Numbered from the stretch's first letter, positions 10,450 to 20,404 are shown. The stretch: DNA of 64,000 nt from Armatimonadota bacterium (GCA_039811685.1 JBDHZC010000002.1:608001-672000), one strand, 5' to 3'. Notes: generated from the sequence alone by a model not told the origin. Numbers and translations are program-made.

Positions 10450-10675
10450 GTAGTGTCAAAATATATGACAGAAGGAGAAAAAGATGATTTTTGGTTTCCA
10501 CTTATTAATACTGCAAGAAGCGTGCCAATGTTCCCGTTCCCAGTATAAATACTGGTAGAAAATGTCCATTTTTCGCTGCCTCGCCTTCTGAGGGAAGCTG
10601 GATGATCTAACCTCAGACCTCTACGGCGAGCGAGAACGCAGGCTAGCAGAATTTTTCCCGTATTCAGAAAAACTC

Positions 10676-10736
10676 TTGACAACAAGTGCCGTCTGTGAGA
10701 ATATTTAGGCGTATATCTAATTAGGCACATGCCTAA
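10676..10736 (+). promoter_or_regulatory. Sigma70-type promoter with two tandem palindromic operators (probable SdpR autorepression sites)
   Basis: TTGACA at 10676; ttaggcgtatatctaa (10705-10720) and ttaggca-ca-tgcctaa (10721-10736) directly before the regulator start. Confidence 0.7.
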
Positions 10737-10746
10737 GAGCAGTGCA

Positions 10747-11061
10747 ATGTCGACTAACAGCGTATTCAAAGCTCTGGCTGATCCAACGCGGAGGGAGATT
10801 CTCCGGCTGCTTGGGCATGGCGAGATGACGGCGGGTGAGCTGGCCGGGCGCTTCGACGTATCCTGGCCCTCCATGTCACATCACTTTGCCGTTCTGAAGA
10901 AGGCCTCTCTGATCGAGGGACGAAGAGACGGTCAGACAATTTACTATTCGCTGAATACGACAGTGCTGCAGGAGCTGCTGGCGTGGGCTTTTGATCTGGT
11001 TCCGAAGCTCAAAGCGGAGTCATCCGGACACGCCAGGGACGAATCCTCGGAGAAATCATAA
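10747..11061 (+). CDS. sdpR: ArsR-family autorepressor, SdpR-like
   Basis: VFKALADPTRREIL, SMSHHFAVLK, GQTIYYSLNTTV; immediately upstream of an SdpI-family gene. Confidence 0.8.
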   Translation: MSTNSVFKALADPTRREILRLLGHGEMTAGELAGRFDVSWPSMSHHFAVLKKASLIEGRRDGQTIYYSLNTTVLQELLAWAFDLVPKLKAESSGHARDESSEKS

Positions 11062-11708
11062 ATGAACAACAGATGGTTCTGGTATTCGGTCGCGCTGAGC
11101 GCGGCTGTGTTCGCCGTAACGATTGTTCTGTATCCGCGCCTGCCGCAGATGATGCCCATCCACTGGAATATTCAGGGACAGGCGGACAACTACGCTCCAA
11201 AGTGGCCGGGGGCATTCCTGATTGCGTTTATGATGGCGGGATGGTGCGTGTGCTTCTGGCTGCTGCGCTGGCTCTCTCCGCGTGACTACGATACCGAGCG
11301 CTTTCGCGAGACGTTTTCCTACATCCTGTTCTGTGTTGCGGCGCTGTTGGCGTACATTCACGCGCTGACGCTGTACTTTGTCTTTGGCCGCATAGATTTT
11401 TCGCGGTGGATGATGGGGGGATTGTTCCTGTTCTTTGCGCTGCTTGGCAACGTCCTGGGGCGCGTGAAGCGCAACTTCTGGGTGGGCGTGCGCACTCCGT
11501 GGACTCTGGCGGATGAAGGGGTTGGAACGCGACGCACCGTCTCGCCGGACGCCTGTGGGTCGCCGGTGGCATAGCGGGGCTGATTCTCACAGTGCTCGGG
11601 GTTGGTTACGTGTGGCTGATAGCCTTCTTTCTGGTTGTTGTGATACTTCCCGCTCCTTATTCGCTTTATCTCTCAAAGAAACCGTCGGCGAATGGCGCGG
11701 CGCATTGA
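11062..11708 (+). pseudogene. sdpI: SdpI/YhfL-family membrane immunity protein with a frameshift near 11522
   Basis: PIHWNIQGQAD and NFWVGVRTPWTLADE in one frame; the conserved continuation WNATHRLAGRLWVAGG...YSLYL runs in another frame to TGA 11706-11708. Confidence 0.75.
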
Positions 11709-11774
11709 GCGCACGGCAGGGAGCCGGTGTCTGGCGCCAGGAAACCGGGGCGGCAGATACAGCGGGAGGTGAGG

Positions 11775-14153
11775 CTACGGGCCGGAGATTCGCCAGTTCA
11801 TATCGGTGACCCGGTCAGGGCTCAGCGTACCACCGGAGAGAAAGTGCGTGCCGTCCATACTCCATGCGGCAAGGCTTCCGAGAGTCACATGCTGCCAGAT
11901 GAGGTCTGTTTTTCCATCACCTGAGATATCGTAGGCGGAGGCGATCGTCCAGTTGGGGTCTGGCACGAGATTCGGCGAAAGCTGGGTTCCCGACACAAAC
12001 TGTGTTCCGTTCATCAGCCAGGCTGCCAGGGCGCCCACCGTCTGGTGCCGCCAGATGAGGTCCGGCTTGCCGTCCTGGTTAATGTCCCGGACAGCGACAA
12101 CCCACCACCGGGGATCGCCAACCTGCGCCGGTGTCAACGGAGTTGAGCCTATGTGTGTTGCGCCATCCATCAGCCATACGAGAAGCGAGCCGTCAGAGGT
12201 GTTCTGCCACAGGATATCGTTGTGGCCGTCTGCGTTGAAGTCGCCGACACCGCCGATGCGCCAGCGCACGTCCGCCATCTGACCGACGGTGGCCGCTGAG
12301 GAGCGTGTGACGCCGTTCATAAACCAGATCGCGACTGAGCCCACCCCCTGGTGGCGCCAGAGCAGATCGGGCTTACCGTCACCGTTCATGTCCGGTGTGC
12401 CGACGACCCACCAGCGCGTGTCAGGAACCTGACTGGGGGTGAGAACACTGGAGCCGATGCGCTGACGGCCGTTCATGAACCAGACGCACAGACTGCCAAC
12501 TCCCCTGTGATGCCAGAGCAGATCCGTCTTTCCGTCTCCGTTGAAATCTCCGACAACCGGGCTGGAAGGGGCGGGCGGCGGTGTCTGAGCCTGAGCCGCG
12601 AAGTTGGCAGAAATTCGCAGGCTTCCGCTGCCTGAAGCGTAACCCCCGACGAGCAGCAGATAGCTCACTCCGCCAGCCACATTGTAGGACAGCCGACTCG
12701 TGGTAGTAACGCCGGAAACGTCATCGTCGTTACATGCCAGCGTCTGCCAGTTCCCACACACTCCACTGAGAAGACCGAGCACCGTATCGTAAGAACTGCC
12801 GGCCGTCGTAACAGTGAGCGTACCGTTAGACGGCGCCGTGTACCGGAACCATACGACTTTTCCAATCCCGACACCGCAAAGCGAGGCCGGGTCTGCGTCT
12901 GAGGTCGCAGTGCTGGTGGACTGGGTAATCACTGCTCCCGAGGTCAGGTTGGTCGCCCCGGCGCACTGGTCGTTGGCGGGAGCCGGCGGCGCGGGTGGCG
13001 GTGTCGCGGACTTTGGCATGTAAAGCGACTGAATGCCCTGGATATCGTCCGAATGCAGACCGCTTACCCGCTTGTAGTACGCGTACATCACCGCGTTGGT
13101 GTCACTGGAGTGGTTCAGACCCAAGCCATGCCCCAGCTCGTGGAGGGCGACAGAGAACAGGTCAATGTCTGAGCCGATGTTCCAGTTTTCATCTGCGTCA
13201 AAATGCAGATCCCCGGCAATGGATTCTGGATTGGGTGGCGATGGGAAGAAACAGTGCGCCAGAACTGTCCCCGGACCGTCGAACGCATATCCATCTCCAT
13301 GATCTCTGCTGTAGAAGCCAATTTCCAGACAGCGCGCCAATCCAGGCTGAGAGGTTTCCGTGAAGCTGAGTGCCGCATACCTGGCCCATTCCGCAAGAGC
13401 GCGCTCGATCTCGGCTTTCTGGTCGGCAGCGCTCAGGCGGCTCGTGAAGTTGCGAAAGCTGTACGTGAGAGAGGCGGAGCCCAGGCCCGGGCCGTCCCAC
13501 CCATCTCCGGTTGCGACGTAGTTTGGAACCGGACCCATTCGCGTAGAGGCGCCGGCACAGTAGTACATGCTTTGTCCGGCTGTCATACCTTCTGGCGCCT
13601 GACCCACCCATGCCACACAGTCCTCCCGCGCTATGGCTGAGGCGGACGCGACGTCCGCAAAGACGGCCAACGCGACATGATCCGGAAGCGACGGCGCCGG
13701 CACGATGCTGCCGCCGTGGGCAACAATGACAGCGCGCGCATTATCTGGTGTGGTATCCGGGAAGAACTCCACGACGGCCTGCTGAGCGGCGGAGGCGTCC
13801 AGCTTGTCCAGCGGACCAAAAGAACCTACCCAGCGCACTCCACGGACAGTCTGCGGGTTGAAACCGGCTGGAATCAGCGCTGCAACCGTGTAGTCCGGGA
13901 TGAAGTGTTCAATCCGGACTCCCTTCGCCTTCAAAGTTGCAGCAGCAGAGTCCATGGCTCCGGCTTCAAACTGAATGAGACCGTGCCAGTCACGGGCTCT
14001 GACCGACTGGGCGCCCACTGCGGAGGGCGAAGGCGTGAAGGAGCGTGACTTGAAGTGGAGGGTGTAGTCCGCAGAATCGCTGGCGCTGGCGCCACCAGCG
14101 ATAACGGCGCAGGCTATGAAGGCAAAAAGAGAAGTGGTAAGTCGGTCAATCAT
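11775..14153 (-). CDS. Secreted M10 (matrixin-like) zinc metalloprotease with C-terminal FG-GAP/VCBS repeats
   Basis: HGDGYAFDG, AHCFFP, GDLHFDADE, HELGHGLGLNHS, Met-turn AVMYAYY; five D(F/M/I)(N/S)xDGxxD(L/I)xW repeats; signal peptide. Confidence 0.88.
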   Translation of the reverse strand: MIDRLTTSLFAFIACAVIAGGASASDSADYTLHFKSRSFTPSPSAVGAQSVRARDWHGLIQFEAGAMDSAAATLKAKGVRIEHFIPDYTVAALIPAGFNPQTVRGVRWVGSFGPLDKLDASAAQQAVVEFFPDTTPDNARAVIVAHGGSIVPAPSLPDHVALAVFADVASASAIAREDCVAWVGQAPEGMTAGQSMYYCAGASTRMGPVPNYVATGDGWDGPGLGSASLTYSFRNFTSRLSAADQKAEIERALAEWARYAALSFTETSQPGLARCLEIGFYSRDHGDGYAFDGPGTVLAHCFFPSPPNPESIAGDLHFDADENWNIGSDIDLFSVALHELGHGLGLNHSSDTNAVMYAYYKRVSGLHSDDIQGIQSLYMPKSATPPPAPPAPANDQCAGATNLTSGAVITQSTSTATSDADPASLCGVGIGKVVWFRYTAPSNGTLTVTTAGSSYDTVLGLLSGVCGNWQTLACNDDDVSGVTTTSRLSYNVAGGVSYLLLVGGYASGSGSLRISANFAAQAQTPPPAPSSPVVGDFNGDGKTDLLWHHRGVGSLCVWFMNGRQRIGSSVLTPSQVPDTRWWVVGTPDMNGDGKPDLLWRHQGVGSVAIWFMNGVTRSSAATVGQMADVRWRIGGVGDFNADGHNDILWQNTSDGSLLVWLMDGATHIGSTPLTPAQVGDPRWWVVAVRDINQDGKPDLIWRHQTVGALAAWLMNGTQFVSGTQLSPNLVPDPNWTIASAYDISGDGKTDLIWQHVTLGSLAAWSMDGTHFLSGGTLSPDRVTDMNWRISGP

Positions 14154-14406
14154 GGTCGGTCATCAGGGGCGAACTGTTGCGGGACAAGGACAAGCGCGAG
14201 GCGTAGCGCACGGGCGCAGGCTGCGCATTTGAGAGGTCAGTGTGCGCTCGCCGGTACGAAAGGCGTTTTGCACCCATAGAGAATATTCCACAGTTTGAAC
14301 CGTTGGCTGTCGCCTGGTTTGACAAAGCATCTGAGATGGCCGCTTCGACCTCTGACAACTGTCAGCTTATCCGCAGGCAGCCGCACACGCAAGAGCAAAG
14401 ATTTGT

Positions 14407-14435
14407 TTGACCAAACCTGTGGTGTGAGGTACAAT
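14407..14435 (+). promoter_or_regulatory. Sigma70-type promoter
   Basis: TTGACC-17 nt-TACAAT. Confidence 0.65.
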
Positions 14436-14441
14436 AGCTGT

Positions 14442-14667
14442 ACCGACTACTCACAGGAGGTGATGGCCATATGGACTATTCTTTACGAGGTGATGAGCAG
14501 GGCTGACGTTTTAGCCTTGTAGAGCAAGCTGGACGGGCGCGTCCGGTAAGCCTCTAAGGGTTATGAACTCGGCCCTGGGCGGAAAACGCATCCGCCAGCA
14601 GGAGCAATCTTGCTTTCGTTCGAGTTCATCTCAAAAATGCGGCCGGAGCCTCCGGGCTTCGGCCGCA
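14442..14667 (+). ncRNA. Candidate structured ncRNA or small-ORF transcript (family unknown)
   Basis: Downstream of a near-consensus promoter, no long ORF, a run of hairpins and a three-way junction closed by atgaactcg/cgagttcat, ending in a GC-rich hairpin. Confidence 0.4.
14633..14667 (-). terminator. Intrinsic terminator (possibly bidirectional)
   Basis: tgcggccggagcc-tccg-ggcttcggccgca preceded by aaaaa (a T-run on the minus strand), downstream of the response regulator. Confidence 0.7.
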
Positions 14668-14738
14668 ACTCGTTTGAGCCAGAGCTACTCCGCGCTTTTG
14701 AACCGCCTGGCACAGTCAAGCGTGGCGTACTAGAAGAG

Positions 14739-15179
14739 CTACATCCCCAGATCTCTGCGAATGCTGTCTGCGCGCCGCACTGTGCCCAGTGAAGATCGCC
14801 GCCGATCCAGCGCCTGTCCAACCTTGATGCTCAGCAGATCGTACACGTCCACCCCGGGAATATTTTTCTCTACGTAATCGAAAGCGCCCAGCTTCATGCA
14901 CTCCACAGCATTCGCCACGTTGCCATAGGCGGTGAGTACGATGACTTCTGTGAATATGTCGCGCGCAACCGCAGCCTTGAGAACACTCACACCCGCCTGC
15001 TCACTGTTCATCACCATGTCCGTCACCACAACGTCGTAGCTGGGCTGAGTTTCGAGGATCATTTGCTCGGCAGCTTCCTCATTCTCTGCTTCGTCCACCT
15101 GATAGCCATCGCGCGAAAGCCGCCTCTTCACAGCCGCGCGCACGGATTCTTCGTCATCAACAATAAGTAGTTTTGTCAC
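14739..15179 (-). CDS. Receiver-only response regulator
   Basis: LLIVDDE, VVVTDMVM, VIVLTAYG, GAFDYVEK; no output domain. Confidence 0.9.
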   Translation of the reverse strand: MTKLLIVDDEESVRAAVKRRLSRDGYQVDEAENEEAAEQMILETQPSYDVVVTDMVMNSEQAGVSVLKAAVARDIFTEVIVLTAYGNVANAVECMKLGAFDYVEKNIPGVDVYDLLSIKVGQALDRRRSSLGTVRRADSIRRDLGM

Positions 15180-15242
15180 GTGTCAGCGTTTCCTCATTCA
15201 TCCGAAGACTCGGTTCATCAGCCGTTTGTCAAAGCTCTGTGG

Positions 15243-16970
15243 TCAGGCTGAGGCCACAGGCAACAGGATTTCAAAGCGAGCGCCCTTGCCTTCTTCGCCA
15301 GTTTCTGTGATCTCTCCCCTGTGCGCATCTATTATGCCCTTCACGATAGAGAGTCCAAGTCCCATGCCCTTGGAGCGCGTTGAGAAGAACGGGCGGAAAA
15401 TCTGTTTCTTTACATCCCTCGGAATGCCGGGCCCACGGTCTTCGAAGGTGACGCGTATCTGCTCCGGTTGGTGGGGCACAGGTTCTGTTCGCACACGCAC
15501 AAGCCCGCCTTCCTGCTGGAAATTGAAGCTGTTTTCGATAAGCTCGGAGAAGCAGCGGCGCAGCTTGGATGGGTCAGCTTCCACCGGTGGTAGATCCGGC
15601 GCGAACTCCAGCTCCAGCTTCACGGGCGTATTGCGCGGGAAGGCCTCAGTTACGGCTTCCTGTAACAGCTCGTTAATGGAGATGCGGCTGGTTTGCAGCT
15701 TGGTGGCGACGACAAATTCCCGGAACTCTGAGAGAATCTCTTCAAGGCGGAAGATCCCTCTCTCAAGGCTGGTGATGAGGGGCATAATCTTCTCTCGGTC
15801 GCAGCACTCTTCGCACACGTGGCGCAGTTCGTTTAGATCGCCTTTGATGGCAAAGACGCGGTTGCCGATCATGTGCGCGGAGCGCGCCGACATCTCACCC
15901 CATGCCGCCATTCTCTCGGCGGCGACTAGCCTCTTGACGAGGTTGACGCTGTCGATGACTGCTCCCAGAATGCTGGCGATCGCCACGACCAGCCCCTCAT
16001 CCTCATCCGTAAAATCGTTTGGCACCCAGGCGTAGGCGCTGCGCCTTCTCAGGATGCGCAGCACCCCCAGCAGATGGTCGTAGCCCTGAATGGGCGCTGC
16101 GATGAGGCCGCCCACTTCTTCCGGCGGCAGCTCTTCGTGCCGTCCCCGCCAGCGCGGGTCTTTGCGCGGGTCTCCCACGCGCGCCGGCTGTCCGTGCTCA
16201 GCCACCCAGCCGGTGATGCCCTCACCCAGGCTGTAGCGCGCCTCATGAACCTTCTCCCCCAGCGATCCTCTCGAAGCTTCGAGCACGAGGGCGGTGTTGT
16301 CTTTGTCCAGCAAAAAGATGGAGCAGTCTTCAAACTGGATTGCTCCGGCCACCAGGTCTATGACGCGGTTATAGAGGTCAACGGAGCGCGCAAAGCGGCC
16401 GATCTCGCGCCCCAGTGAGACCAGGGCCGCCTGTCTCTTGCGCTGCTCGTCCGCCACAATGCGCAGCGCGATGAGATTGGCTACGGCTACCAGAAAATCT
16501 TCGTGCTCTTCAGTGAAGGCATTCAGCGCAACGCTCTCGACGTTGATAACTCCCTGCGTCCTTCCGTCCGCGTCAAGGATGGGCACAGCGAGTTCGCTCC
16601 TGGCATCCGCGAAGTGGCGCACATAGTACCTGTCACTTGACACATCGCCGGTGCGGTAGGGAGCGCCAGTAGCCGCGACGTGGCTGGTGATACCACGCCC
16701 TGTCTCCTGCGACATCTTCAACCGCAGCCGCGCGCTCATCTCACTCCAGCCCGCCCCCGCCGTGTAGCGCACAGCGAGCTCACCGTGCTCATAGTCCACC
16801 ATAGCGATGAACGCGCGGTGAGCATTGAGGGCGTGCATGGACTCTGTGAGGATGGCGTCAATGATGTGATCCAACTGGGCATCGTTGGAGACCAGCAGAC
16901 GAGAGATCCGTCCAAACACCGAGGCGTGAAGATAGGCGCTTCTTGTAGCCTTGTTCCCAGCGTTACTCAT
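15243..16970 (-). CDS. GAF-GAF sensor histidine kinase
   Basis: Two GAF domains (GITSHVA..SELAVP; GITGWVA), H-box SAHMIGN, ELIENS, DRGPGI, FFSTRSKGMGLGL. Confidence 0.9.
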   Translation of the reverse strand: MSNAGNKATRSAYLHASVFGRISRLLVSNDAQLDHIIDAILTESMHALNAHRAFIAMVDYEHGELAVRYTAGAGWSEMSARLRLKMSQETGRGITSHVAATGAPYRTGDVSSDRYYVRHFADARSELAVPILDADGRTQGVINVESVALNAFTEEHEDFLVAVANLIALRIVADEQRKRQAALVSLGREIGRFARSVDLYNRVIDLVAGAIQFEDCSIFLLDKDNTALVLEASRGSLGEKVHEARYSLGEGITGWVAEHGQPARVGDPRKDPRWRGRHEELPPEEVGGLIAAPIQGYDHLLGVLRILRRRSAYAWVPNDFTDEDEGLVVAIASILGAVIDSVNLVKRLVAAERMAAWGEMSARSAHMIGNRVFAIKGDLNELRHVCEECCDREKIMPLITSLERGIFRLEEILSEFREFVVATKLQTSRISINELLQEAVTEAFPRNTPVKLELEFAPDLPPVEADPSKLRRCFSELIENSFNFQQEGGLVRVRTEPVPHQPEQIRVTFEDRGPGIPRDVKKQIFRPFFSTRSKGMGLGLSIVKGIIDAHRGEITETGEEGKGARFEILLPVASA

Positions 16971-17143
16971 GTCGCATACTATTTAGCCGGAAACGGCGCA
17001 GTATGCCTCCGCAAGACAGTACAAACCGCGCCAGATGAGCTTGTGTGGCACTGGCGCAGGAGTCGTTGCTCAGCGCGAAGAAACAGCTTCCAGGCTTGCG
17101 GGTATTGTTCCGCCGCGCCGCTTTTCTTCGTCTCACACTCTCT

Positions 17144-18052
17144 ATGGCCACAGTCGCGCCCATATTCTCCACGTTTTTACTGTTGCTGGTCGGTTTCGCC
17201 CTGCGCAAAGGACGCATCCTGAAGCAGGGTGAGACGGACACGCTCAACGCCGTGATTATCTTCGCGACCGTGCCGGCCCTGGCTTTCACCATCATGTACG
17301 GTCAGAAGCTGAGCTGGAGCGCGGCGGCAGTTGTGGTCGGCGGGAACCTGGCCAATCTGGTCAGCCTTGCAGTTGCATGGAGTATCGCGCGCGCATTGAA
17401 GCTCAGCCGGCCGCGAACCGGGGCGTTTATGATAGCCGCAACCTTCGGCAACACGACTTTTATGGGAATTCCGATTATCGCGGCGGCCTTTCACGGAAGC
17501 AAGCATGCGCTCTTGTACGGGATTGTGTATGGCGAGCTGGCGATGTCGCTACCGGTATATACGCTGGGATTGTGGGTGGCTTCGCACTTTGGCGGCGCGC
17601 AGGCGCATATGCGGGAGCTTCTGTCCATCAAGCGGCTGCCAGCAATACCGGCGCTTTTTGCTGGACTCGTGTTGTCCGGAGTGACAGTGCCTGGGGCGTT
17701 GATGGACGTCATCAAGAGCCTTGGCGCCTGCACGCTGCCGCTTTCGATGATCTCGGTGGGCGTTATGCTGAGCGGCCGGAGCTTTCGCGGAAACGGAGCG
17801 CTCATCGTGTGTACGGGCATTTTGAAGTTGTTTTGCATGCCGCTGATTGTGTATGCCATACTGACTCTGTTCGGAGTTGGGGGGCTCACGAGGCAGGTGG
17901 CGACTTTGCAGGCGGCGATGCCGAACTCAATCATCTCCAATATTATGACCGTCCAGGGCGGCTCGGATGGCAATCTGGTTTCCAGCGCTACGCTGGCCAC
18001 GACCATCGCCAGCGTAGCGACGCTGCCGCTTGTGCTGATGGCGCTTCGCTGA
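17144..18052 (+). CDS. AEC (auxin efflux carrier/malate permease) family transporter
   Basis: About 10 TM segments, FGNTTFMGIP, LSMISVG, LKLFCMP, QAAMP. Confidence 0.85.
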   Translation: MATVAPIFSTFLLLLVGFALRKGRILKQGETDTLNAVIIFATVPALAFTIMYGQKLSWSAAAVVVGGNLANLVSLAVAWSIARALKLSRPRTGAFMIAATFGNTTFMGIPIIAAAFHGSKHALLYGIVYGELAMSLPVYTLGLWVASHFGGAQAHMRELLSIKRLPAIPALFAGLVLSGVTVPGALMDVIKSLGACTLPLSMISVGVMLSGRSFRGNGALIVCTGILKLFCMPLIVYAILTLFGVGGLTRQVATLQAAMPNSIISNIMTVQGGSDGNLVSSATLATTIASVATLPLVLMALR

Positions 18053-18166
18053 GCGCAGACTCTGGCGGCGTAAAGCGAATTGATACCCGGGACGGCCTGA
18101 CCGCAGCAGACGATAAGCCGTCTTGCGCCTGCGGTAAGGCCTGGCAGATTTCACGGCTCACTATTT

Positions 18167-20404
18167 ATGGATTTTCTACAGGGACTGAACGAATCACAAA
18201 AAGAGGCTGTCTCCCACGAAGGGGGGCCGCTGCTGGTTTTTGCGGGCGCGGGATCCGGCAAGACCCGGGTGCTGACGCACCGCATTGCCTGGCTGATTGA
18301 CCAGGGCAAAGCGCAGCCCTATCAGATACTCGCTGTCACCTTCACCAACAAAGCCGCCAGAGAGATGAAGACGCGCATCGAAGATCTGCTGGGGGCGCAG
18401 GCGGCATCAGAAGTGTGGGCAGGCACGTTCCACTCCGTGTGCGCGAAAATCCTGCGCATTTCAGGGGAGAAGATCGGGCTGGACCGCAACTTTGTGATTG
18501 TGGACGATGACGATCAGATATCGCTGATCAAGGAGTGTCTGCACGAGCTCAATATCAGCGAAAAGAACTATCCGGCGCGCGGCGTTCTTTCCCAAATCAG
18601 CCACGGCAAGGAGCAGCTTCTGGACCCGGAGTCTTTTCTGCGCAAGAATACGGGCCGGCAGGAAGAGACAGTAGCGACTATCTGGCGGCTCTACGCAAAG
18701 AAGCTGCGCGATATGCGCGGGGTGGATTTCGACGACATCATCCTGTACGCGGTGCGTCTGCTGGAGGAGCGGGAGGATGTGCGGGACAACTACCAGCGCA
18801 AGTTCCGGCATGTGCTGGTGGATGAGTATCAAGACATCAACTTCAGTCAGTACCGTTTCGTGGAGCTGCTGGCGGAGAAGCATCGCAATATCACAGTGGT
18901 TGGCGATGACGATCAGTCCATCTATTCGTGGCGCGGCGCGGATATCAGTATCATCCTCAACTTTGAGCGCGATTTTCCGGACGCGAAGATTGTCAAGCTG
19001 GAGCAAAACTACCGCTCAACGCAGATCATTCTGGACGCAGCGCATGAGGTTGTGAGCTCCAACGAAAATCGCGCGGACAAGAAGCTGTGGACAGAAAATG
19101 GCGTTGGAAAGCTGATCACGATGTGGGAGGCGATGGATGAACTGCACGAGGCGGATCTGGTGGCGCAGTTCATCGAAGAGCAGGTCGCAGGGGGACGGCG
19201 CGCGTCTGACTTTGCCATCCTCTACCGGACCAACGCGCAGTCACGTCCCTTTGAAGAGGTCTTTTTGCACCACAAGCTGCCTTACCGCATTATCGGGGGC
19301 GTTCGCTTCTGGGCGCGAAAGGAGATCAAGGACGCCATTGCCTACCTGCGCCTGATCGCCAACGACGCGGACAACGTGAGTTTCAGGCGCATCGTGAACG
19401 TTCCGACACGCGGCATTGGCGCAACGACAATCGAGCGCCTGGAAGACTACGCGGCAGTGCACGACACCAACCTGTGGAACGCGGCGACTTCGAAAGACGT
19501 GCTGGAGCGCATCCAGCCCAAGGCCGGACGCGCTCTTCAGGGGTTCTCCGGCGCAATCTCGCTGTTGCGCGACAAAGCCAGGAATCTCCCCGTCAGTGAT
19601 CTGCTGAAGGAAACGCTTGAGGAGAGCGGCTATCTGAAGACACTTGAGCAGGAGCGCACGATGGAAGCGCAGGGACGCCTCGAAAACTTGCAGGAGCTTG
19701 TTTCGGTGGCGACTCTGTTTGACACGCAGGCGGAAGATACGTCGCTGGAGGCGTTTCTGGCGCAGGTGGCGCTGGTTTCAGACGTGGACGCTTTAGAGGA
19801 CGACGCGCAGGCTGTCGTGCTGATGACGCTGCACGCAGCCAAGGGTCTGGAGTTCCCGGTCGTCATTATGACGGGGCTTGAGGAGGGGATTTTCCCGCAC
19901 TCGCGTTCGCTGTACGACTCCAGGCAGCTTGAGGAGGAGCGCCGGCTGTGTTATGTGGGCATGACGCGGGCAAAAGAGGAGCTTTACTTCACCTATGCGT
20001 TTCGCAGGATGCACTACGGGGCGTCAAACCGGTCCAGCCTGTCGCGCTTTGTCAAAGACATCCCCTCACAATACTTTGACAACCCGCCGAAGGCTGAACC
20101 CACTGCCTGGAACACATCCGCAGTCCTGACTTCGCGCGCGCCGGTTTCAAACACGGGCTCTCAGTTCCGCGAGGGTGACAGGGTGGCGCATGCAAAGTTT
20201 GGTAAGGGCGTGGTCATCAACTCGACTGGTTCGGGTGATGAAGAACAGGTCACGGTGATGTTTGCGGGCGGTGTTGGGCTGAAGAAGCTGCTGCTGGCGT
20301 ATGCGAAGCTGGAGCGGGCGACAAACGGAGCGCACGCAGGCAGCGATCCGGCGGGCGATAGTGAGGCCGTTGGAAGTGTCGAAGACCCGTTTTTCCGGGA
20401 CTGA
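18167..20404 (+). CDS. pcrA: ATP-dependent DNA helicase PcrA/UvrD
   Basis: AGAGSGKT, VDEYQD, VGDDDQSIYSWRGA, LEQNYRS, TLHAAKGLEF, EEERRLCYVGMTRA, C-terminal H.KFG.G domain. Confidence 0.96.
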   Translation: MDFLQGLNESQKEAVSHEGGPLLVFAGAGSGKTRVLTHRIAWLIDQGKAQPYQILAVTFTNKAAREMKTRIEDLLGAQAASEVWAGTFHSVCAKILRISGEKIGLDRNFVIVDDDDQISLIKECLHELNISEKNYPARGVLSQISHGKEQLLDPESFLRKNTGRQEETVATIWRLYAKKLRDMRGVDFDDIILYAVRLLEEREDVRDNYQRKFRHVLVDEYQDINFSQYRFVELLAEKHRNITVVGDDDQSIYSWRGADISIILNFERDFPDAKIVKLEQNYRSTQIILDAAHEVVSSNENRADKKLWTENGVGKLITMWEAMDELHEADLVAQFIEEQVAGGRRASDFAILYRTNAQSRPFEEVFLHHKLPYRIIGGVRFWARKEIKDAIAYLRLIANDADNVSFRRIVNVPTRGIGATTIERLEDYAAVHDTNLWNAATSKDVLERIQPKAGRALQGFSGAISLLRDKARNLPVSDLLKETLEESGYLKTLEQERTMEAQGRLENLQELVSVATLFDTQAEDTSLEAFLAQVALVSDVDALEDDAQAVVLMTLHAAKGLEFPVVIMTGLEEGIFPHSRSLYDSRQLEEERRLCYVGMTRAKEELYFTYAFRRMHYGASNRSSLSRFVKDIPSQYFDNPPKAEPTAWNTSAVLTSRAPVSNTGSQFREGDRVAHAKFGKGVVINSTGSGDEEQVTVMFAGGVGLKKLLLAYAKLERATNGAHAGSDPAGDSEAVGSVEDPFFRD

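Noticed and set aside
14488..14530. Hammerhead ribozyme or fluoride riboswitch (tgatgag / ggtgatgg)
   Set aside because: The CUGANGA..GAAA core and the fluoride-aptamer pairing are absent, and no same-strand gene follows.
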